From NCBI RefSeq assembly GCF_006345805.1, contig NC_043007.1, positions 31,124,001-31,188,000 on the forward strand: a stretch of DNA of 64,000 bases, written 5' to 3'. This document shows, one piece after another, positions 51,631-64,000 of this stretch (its first letter is position 1; the number at the start of each line of letters is the position of its first letter). The notes beneath the pieces are model-generated. The model ran no database searches. It was not told where the DNA came from and saw only the letters and a program-made list of their open reading frames with translations. Origin of the DNA: Octopus sinensis. Taxonomy: Eukaryota. A program made the position numbers and the translations under genes.

Positions 51631-53154
51631 AAAGAAAAGAATTCACTGAAACCTCATTGTTACATAATAGATATTAGATTTTATTAGCCAAACATTTTGT
51701 CTTTTATTAAGCCCTTGGCCTGTCATGTGTGTCACATATGATACAGGGGTGGGGGGCAATTTCCATGGCATGCACATTCCCAATGTTTTTTCAACCCCCA
51801 GAGTTATAAAGGTAATTTTATATTACTCACAATGTATGAAACCGAGCCTGACTAAAGTCTGAATGCTTAGAACAAACCTACAAAATTGCTTTGGACAAGC
51901 AAAGGGTTAAATTGAAAATTAAGTCATGATTATTTTGAAAATTAAAGCAGGCAGTACATTTTCATTAATAAATGCGCTCATTCACTCACAGAAGAGTTAT
52001 CACAGGTTTTGTGACTGGTAGAGAAAAAAATTATTATTTGCAATAAAGTTTTTCAGCTGTCTGCTGTTTTAGAATAAATAAAATTTTCCAATTTTGTGAC
52101 TTGATTTGGCATCACAATCACTTCTTCCCCAGCTAGCAATATCCATTATCACATTCTGACCATTGGTCTTCTGTCTTCTCTTTGCTTTAGCTTTATCTTA
52201 GAGGTTCTTTTTTTTTTTTATTTCTTTATCCTCTCCCACTTGCGGAGTGTGAGGGAAGGAGCAAGGCTTATGGTCTTTGCAGGATCTCTGAGGCCAGTGG
52301 TACTCTTAATAATCCATTTTAAACTGATATGTGTTAACAACTAAAGGAAAGACATGGCAGGAAGAAGATTCTCAGGGGCTGATGCTCTGGGGTGAAAGGA
52401 GAATGCATTGTGAAGAGTGTGGGGCCAGGGAAGGTGATGAGTGGTGGAAAAAAATGAGCGAGTCGAGGGGGCTTGGATGGTGGAGGTACAAGACCAGTCA
52501 CCTCCAACAAACAGAGGCTGTTAGAGTAATGATGGAAAAGTTAGAGGAGACGGAATACTTGTGAACCAGGTTTCTTATCTACTGCTACTACTACTACTAC
52601 TACTGTCTCTTTTGTTTGCTGGTATCCTTGTTTTCTCTATTGATAAAACAAATGAATTTACACTCTGAACATTTTTCACTTATTGTAAATGAAGGCAGAA
52701 GTTTCAGCAAGCTTTTGTTTTTGTTGGTGATTCTTTCTTTCTTCTTTTTTTTTTAAACTTCTGCATTCATCATCAGTTTCCTTGTATATCACACCTGTCT
52801 TAGAAATTGGCCATTTCACACAAACTGCATACAGTCTGCTACTTTTATTATTGTTCCTGTTTAACCCCATAACATCGGTTGATGTAAATTTATATGCACT
52901 GCATTTACTTCGAATTGGGTGGCAGAAATATGCACAGCCTTCTCTGCCCTGGCTTTGTACTGGTTGATGTAAATATGTACTGACCTCTGTCCACATGATT
53001 ACCAAGGGTGCAATCTGGTTGCCTGATAAACAACTGTTGTCAAGGGCTTAATAACCTTATTCTGTTTTCCTTTATAATGCAGTACTTTCCATCTTGTTAC
53101 TTAATAATGTTTCTCTTAGTACGGTTCTCATACTGTTATCCCCATTGCAATTTC

Positions 53155-53415
53155 CATTTTTGCCGATACCAGCACCGCTTTGACTGGCATGTAAAAAGCA
53201 CCAACCGATCGTGGCTGCTGCTAGTCTTGCTTGGCACGTAAAAAGCACCCACTACACTCATGGAGTGGTTGGCGTTAGGAAGGGCATCCAGCTGTAGAAA
53301 CACTGCCAGATCAGACTGGAGCCTGGTGCAGCCTCCTGGCTTCCCAGACCCCGGTCGAACCATCCAACCGCTGCTAGCATGGAAAACGGACGTTAAACGA
53401 AGATGATGATGATGA
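53155..53415 (+). mobile_element. SINE-B
   Basis: Family match. Confidence 0.85.
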
Positions 53416-54209
53416 TAAACAGAAGTTAATGAGAAATATCACCAATGAAAGACAAACAATTTGAATTATAAACTTGTCATCTTGGAAAAATGGATGTTAT
53501 GAAATAGATTATTTTTGTTACTTTACATTTATCTTTTGTTGTGTAACATTTATAACTAATTTCAGATTTGTAGACAAATCTGCATGGTTAAGAAGTTTGC
53601 TTCCCAGCATGTAGTTTCTGGTTCAATCTCAGTGTGTAGCACCTTGGGCAAGTGTTTTCTACTGTTGCCCTGGATTGACCAAAGCCTTACCAGTGGATTT
53701 GGTTGCTAGAAATGGGAGAAGCTTGTTGCATATGCTTGTGTCTGTCTGTTTGTTTACATTTACACTTGTGCAAAATTGTCGAGCTGCTAGTGGTAACATT
53801 GCTATTTGTCCTGTCTACAAATTGTCTGCTGACTCCCTTTTGAAGATGGGGTTTAGGCCACTTTTGTCTTCCTTCTTGTGTCAGTGAAATATGAGTCCAG
53901 TGTTGAGATTATTATTTAATATGCTACCTGTCCTGTGCAACACCAGATTTGTGGCTTTGTGCCGTTGTTAAAAATCAGTACCAAGAGGCATTTGTAAAAA
54001 TTCTTTTGAAGTGAATTCTGCTGTTATATTCTTACTACAAGCTCCATCATATTTATTTCTCAAATTCAATTTTAGTGTGAGGAAGAAGCAGATGATTGTT
54101 AGCAGCCTTTCTTTCCTGGATTCCTACAGTAAGTTCTTTGTTATATCTTTAGCTGGTTTACTAGTATTTATTAATTGCTGTAAAATTTAGACAAAGGATG
54201 TTTTTTTAA

Positions 54210-54429
54210 CCCTTTCGTTACTGTATTTATTTTGAGATGCTCCGTGTTTCTTTCAATTACTTTAAATATAACAAAGAATTTAGTAAAATAACTTAATTAT
54301 CATGAAGCTAGTGTTAGGAACATAAATTGTGACTAAGGTTTGGTGGAAGATTTCAATTCAAAACTTACAAAAACAAGGCATTTGTACTCAGAGCCAGAGA
54401 TGGTTTCAGCTGGGTTGGTATCGAAAGGG
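54210..54429. mobile_element. piggyBac-type MITE family 1, second copy
   Basis: Same sequence and TTAA flanks as 4047-4268. Confidence 0.85.
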
Positions 54430-54797
54430 TTAATGTTTTTGTTTTGTTTCCACATTTGAAGCCAGATAATTTGGATTAATAATTTTATTTTTTTACTGTA
54501 CTGTCTCCCAAATATCGCTTAAAACCAAACTGGCCTTGACGTTGGGTTTGCACAGCTATAATTGAAGCCAGTCTTGCAGTATTATCTGAAAAACGTTGAC
54601 CTGTATCTATTTTTATCTGTATTTGGACATACGTGAAATTCAATCATTAAAAATTAACTTTTAGTAGCCAGAAGTTGCAATTGTGTTGCAAGTCTTTTGT
54701 TTTTTTTCCCTGAAAATTCTTTCCCTTCCAACTGTTGATCTGGATTCTCTTTACACATTCTTTGCATCATGTTTTGCAGAAAATTTATCCCTTAGAG

Positions 54798-55484
54798 CAT
54801 AAGTTCTCAAAGTGGGTGCTACTGCCCCCTAATGGGCTTTGAGACAGTCCAGGTGGGCACTTGTGCTTGAAGGGGTGAGGGCAGTAGAGAAAAAGGAGGC
54901 GTTGGGAGAAAGACAGTGGATTGGGGGACACTATGAATTTATTATTATTATAATATTGTATACAAATTATATGAAATAATTGATAGTATATATAAAATAG
55001 CAGTATCGCCCGGCGTTGCTCGGGTTTCTTTTATTTTCCAGCCTTTAGAATTGGAATTTTTGAAAAGTAAAAATTTTGCATTATGTAGCTTGTTATTCTC
55101 TTTAAGTGAATATTTTTCTGGTTGAAACACACTGAAAAATGGCGACACAGCAGTAAAAAAAAAATCATTAAAAAATAGGGGTTTTCATAGAAAAATAACA
55201 CCTTTTTGATGTAAATAATTTTTGGTGTCAACATGGTCCGATTTGAATTTTTTCTTCTATGGAAGGAAGAGCAAGGCTTCTTCTATCTTACTCTCAATTT
55301 TGGTCAACTTGTGCCGCAGGGTCTCGGAGGAGATAGTGTTAGTTGAAGGCTACCAAACCTGCCATACACAGACAACTTCAGCTTTGTATAGAGATTAGTA
55401 AAATATAGAAGATTTATTTATACATAAAAATAGGGGTAGGGGCACTGAGGGGTTGTGGTGGCCCAAAAAGTTTAAGGACCTCTG
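54798..55484. mobile_element. hAT-type MITE carrying a nested Helitron-like insertion
   Basis: CATAAGTTCTCAAAGT...AAGTTTAAGGACCTCTG, with 8-bp flanks ccttagag/ccttatag. Confidence 0.65.
54996..55395 (+). mobile_element. Non-autonomous Helitron-like element
   Basis: Starts TAGCAGTATCGCCCGGCGTTGCTCGGG and ends ..CACAGACAAC..TTTGTATAGAGAT. No TSD. Same termini as 60990-61374. Confidence 0.6.
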
Positions 55485-57145
55485 CCTTATAGCTTGTCAT
55501 GAAGCATTACAGCCTCATTCAAAGTTGCTTTTCTTTTTTTTTCTCTGGTCCCTATATTGCAAGAGTTCATTTAGAAATATATCACATTTTAATATTTCAG
55601 TGTTCATGTACTTAAAAACTTAATTATCTTCATAAGATTTCTAGTATTTTGGGAGACGTTTCAAAATTTAGAGCTCATTTTCTTCAAATTATGCTAGATT
55701 CGTTTAAAATGGTAATAATTGTAATTATATCTCACATTTTTGTACATTGTTTTATAAGTAACAGCCTTAATGCTTGCATTTAGTTTAAAGCTGGGGCTTT
55801 TTTTTTTACATTCTAAAACATTTTCCTTTAATTTTTTCAGAACCCCCCAAAATTTGAGATGAGAATGATGGCTAGTTGAAAATGTTGGTGCAGAATTCTT
55901 CCAGAGCAATCTCAACAAAACTACAGAGGAAACAGTGATAGAATTAATTTGGTAGATACAAGTCAAGTAAGAAAGTGGGTTGGGTAGGGACAAAATATAA
56001 AAATTGGCATTGGGGTGGGGTATATATATATATAGTTATTTTATTGTGGCTCTTCATTATTGCTGAAGACATTTTGACCAGGTTTTTTTTATTCAGAATT
56101 ATATTATTTTGAATATTTTAACCCTCCACATATTCATCATGCCTGTAGTTATTTGAGTCTTCAGTACCATTTTGGTGCAAATACTATATTGAAAATATTT
56201 ATAATTCCATTCAACAGTAAATGGTTGTATTGTCTTCATGTTTTCTACACTGAACATGCTCCTGCCACTGTTGCTTCTTCAGGCACCGTAACCTGTTGTA
56301 ATAATAATAATAATAATGCTGCTAGATGATACTTTAATTCCTACATTTAGCAGAAGGTTTTTGGCATTAATGTCTTGGACTCCATTCTGAGCAGATTTTT
56401 TTCAGTTTTCTCCGTTAAAGAACTTTTTTGGTTTTTGCCACTGATTTAGTGCAAAAGCTACTTAATTAATTGGCCTACAATTAATGACTGGAAAGATAGA
56501 ATTTATCATTTGTTTCCTCTAATGAAATACAATGTACAGACTGAGCTATTCCAGGGCAGGATCTGGCTACAAATTAAACATAAAAATAAAAAAAACAAAA
56601 AAAAATAAACAAGAAAAAGAAGGGAAAAAATGTGTAAATGGAAAAAAAAAAAATAATAAAACCTAATTTATGTCCTATCTCTTATTATCTTTACCATCTT
56701 TTTCATTCCTGCTCTGAAAACTATCTTCAATATTCAACAGTTGTTGAACTACAAGCAAAAAAAAAATTTTTTATCTTGCATAGTGTATCTTGTGAAATGC
56801 CCATTACAAACACACATACAGACATACAAAAAAAAATGGAAATAAACGTTTAACAAATAATTTCAGTGGTCTGCTTTTTGTTTTTGTTGTATTCTTATTT
56901 GTTAATTTTTAATTGAAGCACTGGAAATTTTACCTTATTGATTATATTTGTTAATTTTTAATTGTACATTAACAAATGGATTGTTAATTCAGGCACTTCA
57001 TGATTTTTTAGTGTCCACCTATGCATGGAGTAACAGTTAGAGAAAGTTCATGAACCCCAAGTGCTACATGCGGCAGTTCATGGTAAATGTAGTGACCACA
57101 TGGTATAAATTAGATTTTGAAAAATCATAAATGGTTTTATTATAA

Positions 57146-57625
57146 TTCTTTCTGGTATAGGCACAACGCCTGAAATTTTGGGGGAGGGTGTAAGTTGATT
57201 ACATCAAGCCCTTGTACGCAACTGGTACTTAATTTATCAACCCCAAAAGGATGAAAGGCAAAGTTGATCTTGGTAGAATTTGAACTCAGAACATAACGGC
57301 AGACGAAATAGCTATTTCTTTACTACCCACAAGAGGCTAAACACAGAGAGGACAAACGGATTAAGTTGATTATATCGACCCCAGTGCGTAACTGATACTT
57401 AATTTATTGACCCCGAAAGGATGAAAGGCAAAGTTGACCTCGGCGGAATTTGAACTCAGAATGTAATAGCAGACGAAATACGGCTACGCATTTCGCCCGG
57501 CATGCTAACGTTTCTGCCAGCTCGCCACCTTATAGTCGACCTCGGCGGAATCTGAACTCAGAACGTAACGGCAGACGAAATACAGCCACGCATTTCACCT
57601 GGCATGCTAATGGTTTTGCCGCCTT
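57146..57625 (-). mobile_element. SINE-C dimer plus a duplicated head
   Basis: Same junction as 1775-2166, at about 57312. Monomers or fragments also at about 1-360, 790-1295, 5150-5310(+), 8850-9050, 11235-11400, 16000-16130, 23690-23880, 50300-50420. Confidence 0.8.
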
Positions 57626-58164
57626 AATGCTTTTATTATAATGAAATAGCTAGGATGGTGGGTGGTGAAAATGAGGAGAGCATTTTTACTGGGAACCAAT
57701 CAACTTTATGTTTTATGTGTCGAAGTAAGAAATCTTTATTACTGGTGCAAGGAACGATTATTTAACACGTTAACCACCAAGGTCTATTACTGGAACTCAA
57801 CAGGGACACCGTGTATTTCATGTACTATTGCTCTCAGTGTAGTAATAGCTGTGACAAGGTGTGGTTCACCTTTGTAATTAAACTTCAATATTTAGAAGTC
57901 ATGTTATTTAAATATCCTCAAACCCATGTCAAAGATTCAAATTATGAAAATATATTACTGGTGGCGCATATGGCACTTGTGTGAAGTTTGCGATAAACCA
58001 CTGGTGGCACATGTGACAGTTAACATAAGGAAGCAAAAAAAAAAATCACTGGTTGTGTGCCAAATGAGGGATATTTATCAGACAGGTGAGTCGCTCGCTA
58101 TAAACAGCGGTAGTGTACCTGTCTTATTTCACTGAAATTGTCATCTCTTCAAGTTCTTTTATTG

Positions 58165-58523
58165 TTTTACTTGTTTCAGTCATTTGACTGCGGCCATGCT
58201 GGAGCACCGCCTTTAGTCGAGCAGATCGACCCCAGGACTTATTCTTTGTAAGCCTAGTACTTATTCTATCGGTCTCTTTTGCTGAACCGTTAAGTTACAG
58301 GGACGTAAACACACCAGCATCGGTTGTCAAGTGATGTTGGGGGGACAAACATTCATACATATATACGACGGGCTTCTTTCAGTTTCCGTCTACTAAATCC
58401 ACTCACAAGGCTTTGGTGGGCCCGAGGCTATAGTAGAAGACACTTGCCCAAGGTACCACTCAGAGGGACTGAACCCGGATCCATGTGGTTGGTAAGCAAG
58501 CTACTTACCACACAACCACTCCT
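58165..58523 (-). mobile_element. SINE-A, reverse orientation
   Basis: Family match. Confidence 0.9.
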
Positions 58524-58796
58524 ACTTGTTTCAGTCATTTGACTCCGGCCGTGAGTACCCTATATGTTTTAAAACCTCGTGCACATGCTGGCATGACTAT
58601 TTGATTGTGAAGAACACAGTCCCACTGTGCAGTTCTTTGGTTAGGTATCTTCTTTAGCCCCAGGTCAACCGATGCCTTGTGAGTGGATGTGGTAGACAGA
58701 AATCATAGGAAGCGAATATGTAAGTCATCATCAGTTAACATTTGCTTTCCATGCTGGGATGGGTTGGATTGTTTGACCAGAGCTGGTCAGCAGTTC

Positions 58797-59108
58797 ATTA
58801 TGCAGATGACACTAGGGTTTCCATTGGTGCAATGACAACTGAGTGCATACGTTGCAAGACAAGGAAGTGGCCTGGAGAGACACTTGCACTGTGCTGCAGT
58901 GGTGGAATGGTTAAACTCTTCAACTGACCAAGATTCCAAACATTTCCAAAGCAAAATTAGACAGTACAATGCTGCACTAAAGATGGCATAATTTGGAACC
59001 ACAAAAGATTTAACTGAACCAGGATTGATGCAAACTTCCAAGATCCAAGTTCAGATTTATCATTGGATTGGTTCTCTACTATCTGTGTCAGGTGAATCAC
59101 CAAAATTG
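58797..59108 (+). mobile_element. Decayed Helitron RepHel N-terminal fragment
   Basis: IGAMTTECIRCKTRKWPGETLALCCSGGMVKL, then after a frameshift SKHFQSKIRQYNAALKMA*FG..KIQVQIYHWIGSLL. Matches Helitron motifs C-x2-C..GET..CC..GKVKL, IRxYN and GQxYHxIGSLLP. Confidence 0.8.
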
Positions 59109-59204
59109 GCCTTTCATTGTTTATAATCTGCACCTGACTTTTGGTTACGAAATAAGCTGATCAAAACGTGTTTTTGAATTACGTGTATTTACTTAATATA
59201 CATA

Positions 59205-59566
59205 GGCGCAGGAGTGGCTGTGTGGTAAGTAGCTTGCTTACCAACCACATAGTTCCGGGTTCAGTCCCACTGCGTGGCACCTTGGTCAGGTGTCTTCTAC
59301 TATAGCCTCGGGCCGACCAAAGCCTTGTGGGTGGATTTGGTAGACGGAAACTGAAAGAAGCTCGTCGTATATATGTGTTTGTCCCCCTAGCATTGCTTGA
59401 CAACCGATGCTGGTGTGTTTACGTCCCCGTCACTTAGCGGTTCGGTAAAAGAGAGCGATAGAATAAGTACTGGGCTTACAAAGAATAAGTCCCGGGGTCG
59501 ATTTGTTCGACTAAAGGCGGTGCTCCAGCATGGCCGCAGTCAAATTACTGAAACAAGTAAAAGAGT
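59205..59566 (+). mobile_element. SINE-A
   Basis: Family match. Confidence 0.9.
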
Positions 59567-59624
59567 ATGTGACCTGCTGTGCTTGAGGAGACCTATTGAG
59601 TCAAGTACATAACATCAAAATGAA

Positions 59625-59915
59625 AATCAAATGGAAATTTTAGTTGTGACCCCTGTGCTGGTGGCACGTAAAAAGCACCATCCGAACTGGCCGATGCCAG
59701 CGCCGCCTTGACTGGCTTCTGTGCCGGTGGCACGTAAAAAGAACCCACTACACTCACGGATTGGTTGGCGTTAGGAAGGGCATCCAGCTGTAGAAACTCT
59801 GCCAGATCAGACTGGAGCCTGGTGCAGCCTCCTGGCTTCCCAGACCCCGGTTGAACTGTCCAACCCATGCTAGCATGAAAAACGGACGTTAAACGATGAT
59901 GATGATGATGATGAT
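59625..59915 (+). mobile_element. SINE-B
   Basis: Family match with a long (GAT)n tail. Confidence 0.85.
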
Positions 59916-60087
59916 ATGAGTTGAAAACTTTCTTTTAACATTTCACTTAACATCTATGTTCCATGCTGGCATGGGTTGGAGAGTTATTATGTAGAAATTT
60001 GGTATCTCGGCTACTAGCAGCTGAGACCTGCATAATCTGGACAGCCTCTTTAAATTTCAGTATTCTCTTTAACCCGAGCAAACGTCA

Positions 60088-60462
60088 GGTATACATATAT
60101 AAATGTATATATACACATATATATATGTGTGTGTGTATATATATATGTAAGAATATACATATATATACGCACATAAATATGTATGTATATATATGTATTA
60201 TACACATATATATGTATATTCTTACATATATATATCTATATATGTATAATACATATATATATATATGTGTGATACATATATGTATATATACATGTGTGTG
60301 TGTATATATGTATATATCCATGCATATGTATGTGTATATATACATATATAGATGTATATATCCATACATATATATATATAGATGTATATATCCATACATA
60401 TGAATATATATATGGGTATATATACATATATTTATCTATGTATGTATATATATAAATATATA
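60088..60462. repeat. Complex TA/CA/TG microsatellite, about 370 bp
   Basis: Direct reading of the sequence. Confidence 0.95.
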
Positions 60463-60639
60463 TAGGAGACTGAGACCTTTGGTGATATTCTTTGAGAAGA
60501 CCCAGCAACTAAAATGAGATTGCTGCCCCTGGCCAATGCCAGTGTTGCATGTCCGGCCCATTTAAAAGTACCCTTGATGTGTTGGGTGATACGATATGCT
60601 TGAGAAGACCTGTTGAATCAAGTGAATCCAAAATTGTAG

Positions 60640-60976
60640 CTGTGGCGAGTGGCCCCTGACTGGTTCCCATTCCGGTGGCACATAAAATACATCATGCGAA
60701 TGTGGTTGATGCCAGTGTCCCCTGTAAAAAGCACCATCTGAATGTGGCCGATACCAGTACCCACTGACTGGCACATAAAAAGCACTCTCTGTGCCAATGG
60801 CACATATAAAGTATCCACTGCACTCTTGGAGTGGTTGGTGTTAGGATGGGCATCCAGCTGTAGAAACTCTGCCAGATCAGATTGGAGCATGGTGCAGCCG
60901 TTGGCTCTCCAGACCTCAGTGGAACCATCCAGCCCATGCCAGCATGGAAAACGCACGTTAAATGATGATGATGATG
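60640..60976 (+). mobile_element. SINE-B with about 4 internal units
   Basis: Family match. Other partial copies at about 2183-2400, 2640-2820, 10650-10830, 11000-11230, 17310-17470, 31410-31596, 33430-33612. Confidence 0.8.
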
Positions 60977-60989
60977 TATATATATATAT

Positions 60990-61374
60990 ACTAGCAGTAT
61001 CACCCGGCGTTGCTCGGGTTTGTAAGGGAAATAACTGTAAAGCATTTTTAGAGAGTTATAGCCAAAAAATAGCAAAAAAATGGAAAAAAAATGATGGTAA
61101 TTTTTTTTTGAGAGTTAAAAGGTCGAGTTGCGTCCCCTAGACAGTCTATGGTTTGTGTTTCTGATTCTCGACCCCATGTCGAATTTATCGATTTTTTTCA
61201 GAACTGGGGGAACTTTTCAAAATTTTCGCTGCGTTAGTTTTGAATTATGACATTGGGCTATGTGTGTATCAAATTTCATCAGAATCGGTTGAACGCCGTG
61301 GTCAGGGTGAGGGTACAACCTAACAGACACACAGAAACACACACAGACAAACTGCCGTTTATATAGAGAGAGAT
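60990..61374 (+). mobile_element. Non-autonomous Helitron-like element
   Basis: ACTAGCAGTATCACCCGGCGTTGCTCGGG ... CAGACAAACTGCCGTTTATATAGAGAGAGAT, inserted in a TA tract. Confidence 0.6.
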
Positions 61375-61968
61375 ATACTATAGCCTCAGACCCACCAAAG
61401 CCTTGTGAGTAGATTTTGTACATGGAAACTGAAAGAAGACTGTTGTATATTTGTGTGAGTGTGTATCTGTGTTTGTACCCCCATCATCGCTTGGCAACTG
61501 ATGTTGGTGTGTTTACATCCCTGTAACTTAGCCATTTGGCAAAATGCACCGATAGAATAAGTACTTGGCTTACAAAGAATAAATCCCGGTGTAGATTTCT
61601 TCGACTAAAGGTGGTGCACAAGCATGGCCACAGTCACATGACTGAAACAAGTAAAACAATAAAAAACTATGGCATTTTAATCCCAAGCAATGCCGGGTAT
61701 CTCTGCTGGTGTAAATGCATTTATAAAACACATAGATAATGGATTTTATACATTTCTTGGAGGCCACATGTTTCTGCAAAATATCAGAGGATCCAGTTCC
61801 ATAGTTGAATTGTATTAATCCATCAATTTATAATTAACTGATTGAGAAATAGAGAACATCCGTGCCTTTCTAATTATTCCTTATTTATTGTGCAGCCCTT
61901 TTTTTCAGTATTATCATTTGAGCTTTCCCCTTTGTTTTATTTTGGTTTCTTTATAAAAATAATAATAA

Positions 61969-62344
61969 GGCGGAAGGAGTGGCTGTGTGGTAAGTAGCTT
62001 GCTAACCAACCACATGGTCCCAGGTCAGTCCCACTGCGTGGCACCTTGGGCAAGTGTCTTCTGCTATAGCCCCGGGCCGACCAATGCCTTGTGAGTGGAT
62101 TTGGTAGACGGAAACTGAAAGAAGCCTGTCGTATATATGTATGTGTGTGTCCGTGTTTGTCCCCCTAGCATTGCTTGACAACCGATGCTGGTGTGTTTAT
62201 GTCCCCGTCACTTAGCGGTTCGGCAAAAGAGACCGATAGAATAAGTACTGGGCTTACAAAGAATAAGTCCCAGGGTCGATTTGCTCGACTAAAGGCGGTG
62301 CCCCAGCATGGCCGCAGTCAAATGACTGAAACAAGTAAAAGAGT
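61969..62344 (+). mobile_element. SINE-A inserted in a CR1 tail
   Basis: Family match, flanked by TAA-rich tail sequence. Confidence 0.9.
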
Positions 62345-62577
62345 ATAATGAAATTATTGTATACAGTGCTCCGGTGCACCACAACTTGTCAAAAGTGCAT
62401 ATAAAGCATATGCAGCAATGTAGAAATGCCTGGAAAGCGAACAGTGTATGAGTCAGGTACATACTTGCGTGTGTATGGAGGGGAGAAAATCAGGTGTAGT
62501 GTTGGTGAATCTCAGGAAGCATGGAAGTTTTGAAGGATGCAGTGCTCCGACAACTAACAACCGACGCCGGCAGTTTG
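62345..62577 (-). mobile_element. CR1-type LINE 3' end
   Basis: Minus strand reads KLPASVVSCRSTASFKTSMLPEIHQHYT*, followed by a 3' UTR and an (ATT)-type tail that is split by the SINE-A copy at 61969-62344. Confidence 0.7.
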
Positions 62578-63284
62578 TAAATGTAAAGCAAAAGCATAGA
62601 ATAATAATAATAATAAATTACTCCATTCCAACCTGGCCCATCAACTTACTTTCATCCTTTCGTCCTTGATGTAATTGAGGAACACCCACACGCAAATTTC
62701 CAAACTTTGTGACTTTAATAGAAAGAATTTACCAGAAACTGTAGTTCTTTAACTCGCAAATATAAAAGCACTCTCCTCCTGATTGCACATCTTTTGATAG
62801 AAGACACCGTGTAGGTTCTTCTTTTATTTTGGGGACACAGGGCACCTAAAACTCCACGTTTTCTGGTACATTGCTCTTCTTTTGTGCCATTGTAGCACTG
62901 AATTGAGATTCCACAAGTGTTCACCATAAAAATAGTAGATTGTCAATTTAACGGGAAACATGTTTCTTTATTGGCCACGCGGGGCTAAACACAGAAGGGA
63001 CAAAATACAAAGTAGAGTTTTTCTTTTTGGGAAGAAGGAGAAAAAAAGGGGGGCGAATTCTAATCAAAAGGGATAGTGAAACAGAAAAAAAAAAAAATTC
63101 CTATAGCAAGTTTGTCCAGTCTGTTGAGTTACGTCCCTTGCCAAACGCTTGACCTTATTTTATCTTAAAAGGATTCTCCCTAAAAAATAAAAAAAAGCAT
63201 AAAATTCTATTTCTGTTTAAATAATTTGTTTTCTTTTATATGGAACCTCTGCCGAACATGAAAGAATTGGCATTCATCAACATC

Positions 63285-63636
63285 AGGAGTGGCTGTGTGG
63301 TAAGTAGCTTGTTTACCAACCACACGGTTCCGGGTTCAGTCCCACTGCGTGGCATCTTGGGCAAGTGGATTTGGTAGACAGAAACTGAAAGAAGCCTGTC
63401 GTATATATGTATATATATATATATGTGTGTGTGTGTTTGTCCCCCTAGCATTGCTTGACAACCGATGCTGGTGTGTTTACGTCCCCGTCACCTAGCGGTT
63501 CGGCTAAAGAGACCGATAGAATAAGTACTGGGCTTACAAATAATAAGTCCCGGGGTCGATTTGCTCGACTAAAGGCGGTGCTCCAGCATGGCCGCAGTCA
63601 AATGACTGAAACAAGTAAAAGAGAGTAAAAAGAGAG
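63285..63636 (+). mobile_element. SINE-A with an internal deletion
   Basis: Family match; junction GGCAAGTG/GATTTGG. Further partial or decayed copies at about 5334-5563(-), 7680-7990(-), 15492-15756(-), 16143-16308(-), 23358-23625(+), 31950-32285, 34776-35030(+), 61378-61660(+). Confidence 0.85.
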
Positions 63637-64000
63637 TATTCCTTTGTAGAATAAAAGAATACAGAAATAAACGAGATGTGGTTTATGTTGAGTTATCTAC
63701 CTTTATTCTGAAACTTTAAAATGAAAGTTGGTCGCATCTAGAAACATTTTTCCGGGAAAAGGAAATTCAACGTTTACACTCCCTTAATAGCAGCAGCGAA
63801 ACTAATAAGTGATTTTCTTGGAATTTTATATGTGAATCGCCCGTTATTTCGTTAACATTTAAATTATCAGTAAAACTTCGGAAGCAGGAGTGAAAGAAAA
63901 CTTAGATAAATTACTTTTTGAAGACATTTTTTTAGGGCGATTTTTACGAGATTTATGAAGAAACAGTAAATGAATTACAAAATAAAACGAGATTGAATAT

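Noticed and set aside
52330-52560. Purine-rich ORF with KTWQEE resembling an RTE C-terminus
   Set aside because: The similarity is limited to a few residues; not enough to annotate.
59963-60508. Ile/Tyr-rich ORFs of 90-146 aa
   Set aside because: Translations of the complex TA microsatellite.
62715-62927. 70-aa Cys-containing minus-strand ORF
   Set aside because: No recognisable domain and no convincing splice sites.
63640-64000. Slight CpG enrichment at the window end, suggesting a next promoter
   Set aside because: No exon or motif evidence inside the window.

Overview
AT-rich, SINE-dense animal genomic DNA, most likely an octopus (inferred from recognising the SINE/MITE families; no database search was possible). 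Two conserved genes lie head-to-head with only 417 bp between their start codons. (1) A complete 3-exon sphingolipid delta-4 desaturase (DEGS1/2 family) on the minus strand: CDS 27354-27273, 6843-6101, 1620-1474; 323 aa; introns of 20.4 kb and 4.5 kb. (2) YY1/pleiohomeotic on the plus strand: exons 27772-28222, 35600-35756, 39405-39462, 41566-41724, 42820-42989, with an unresolved 3' end. The rest is mostly transposon-derived: three SINE families (called A, B and C here), piggyBac- and hAT-type MITEs, foldback elements, Helitron pieces, and relics of CRE, RTE and CR1 LINEs. Main points of interest: the DEGS-YY1 divergent pair appears to mirror human DEGS2-YY1; YY1 intron 1 has a dense cluster of YY1 motifs; there are two previously unannotated-looking, frame-compatible YY1 exons (one would remove the REPO domain); a 237-bp inverted-repeat element is flanked by a perfect 28-bp direct repeat; and a 1-kb tandem duplication has a chimeric SINE at its junction. 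Splice models and family names come from reading the sequence by eye and need RNA-seq or repeat-library confirmation.
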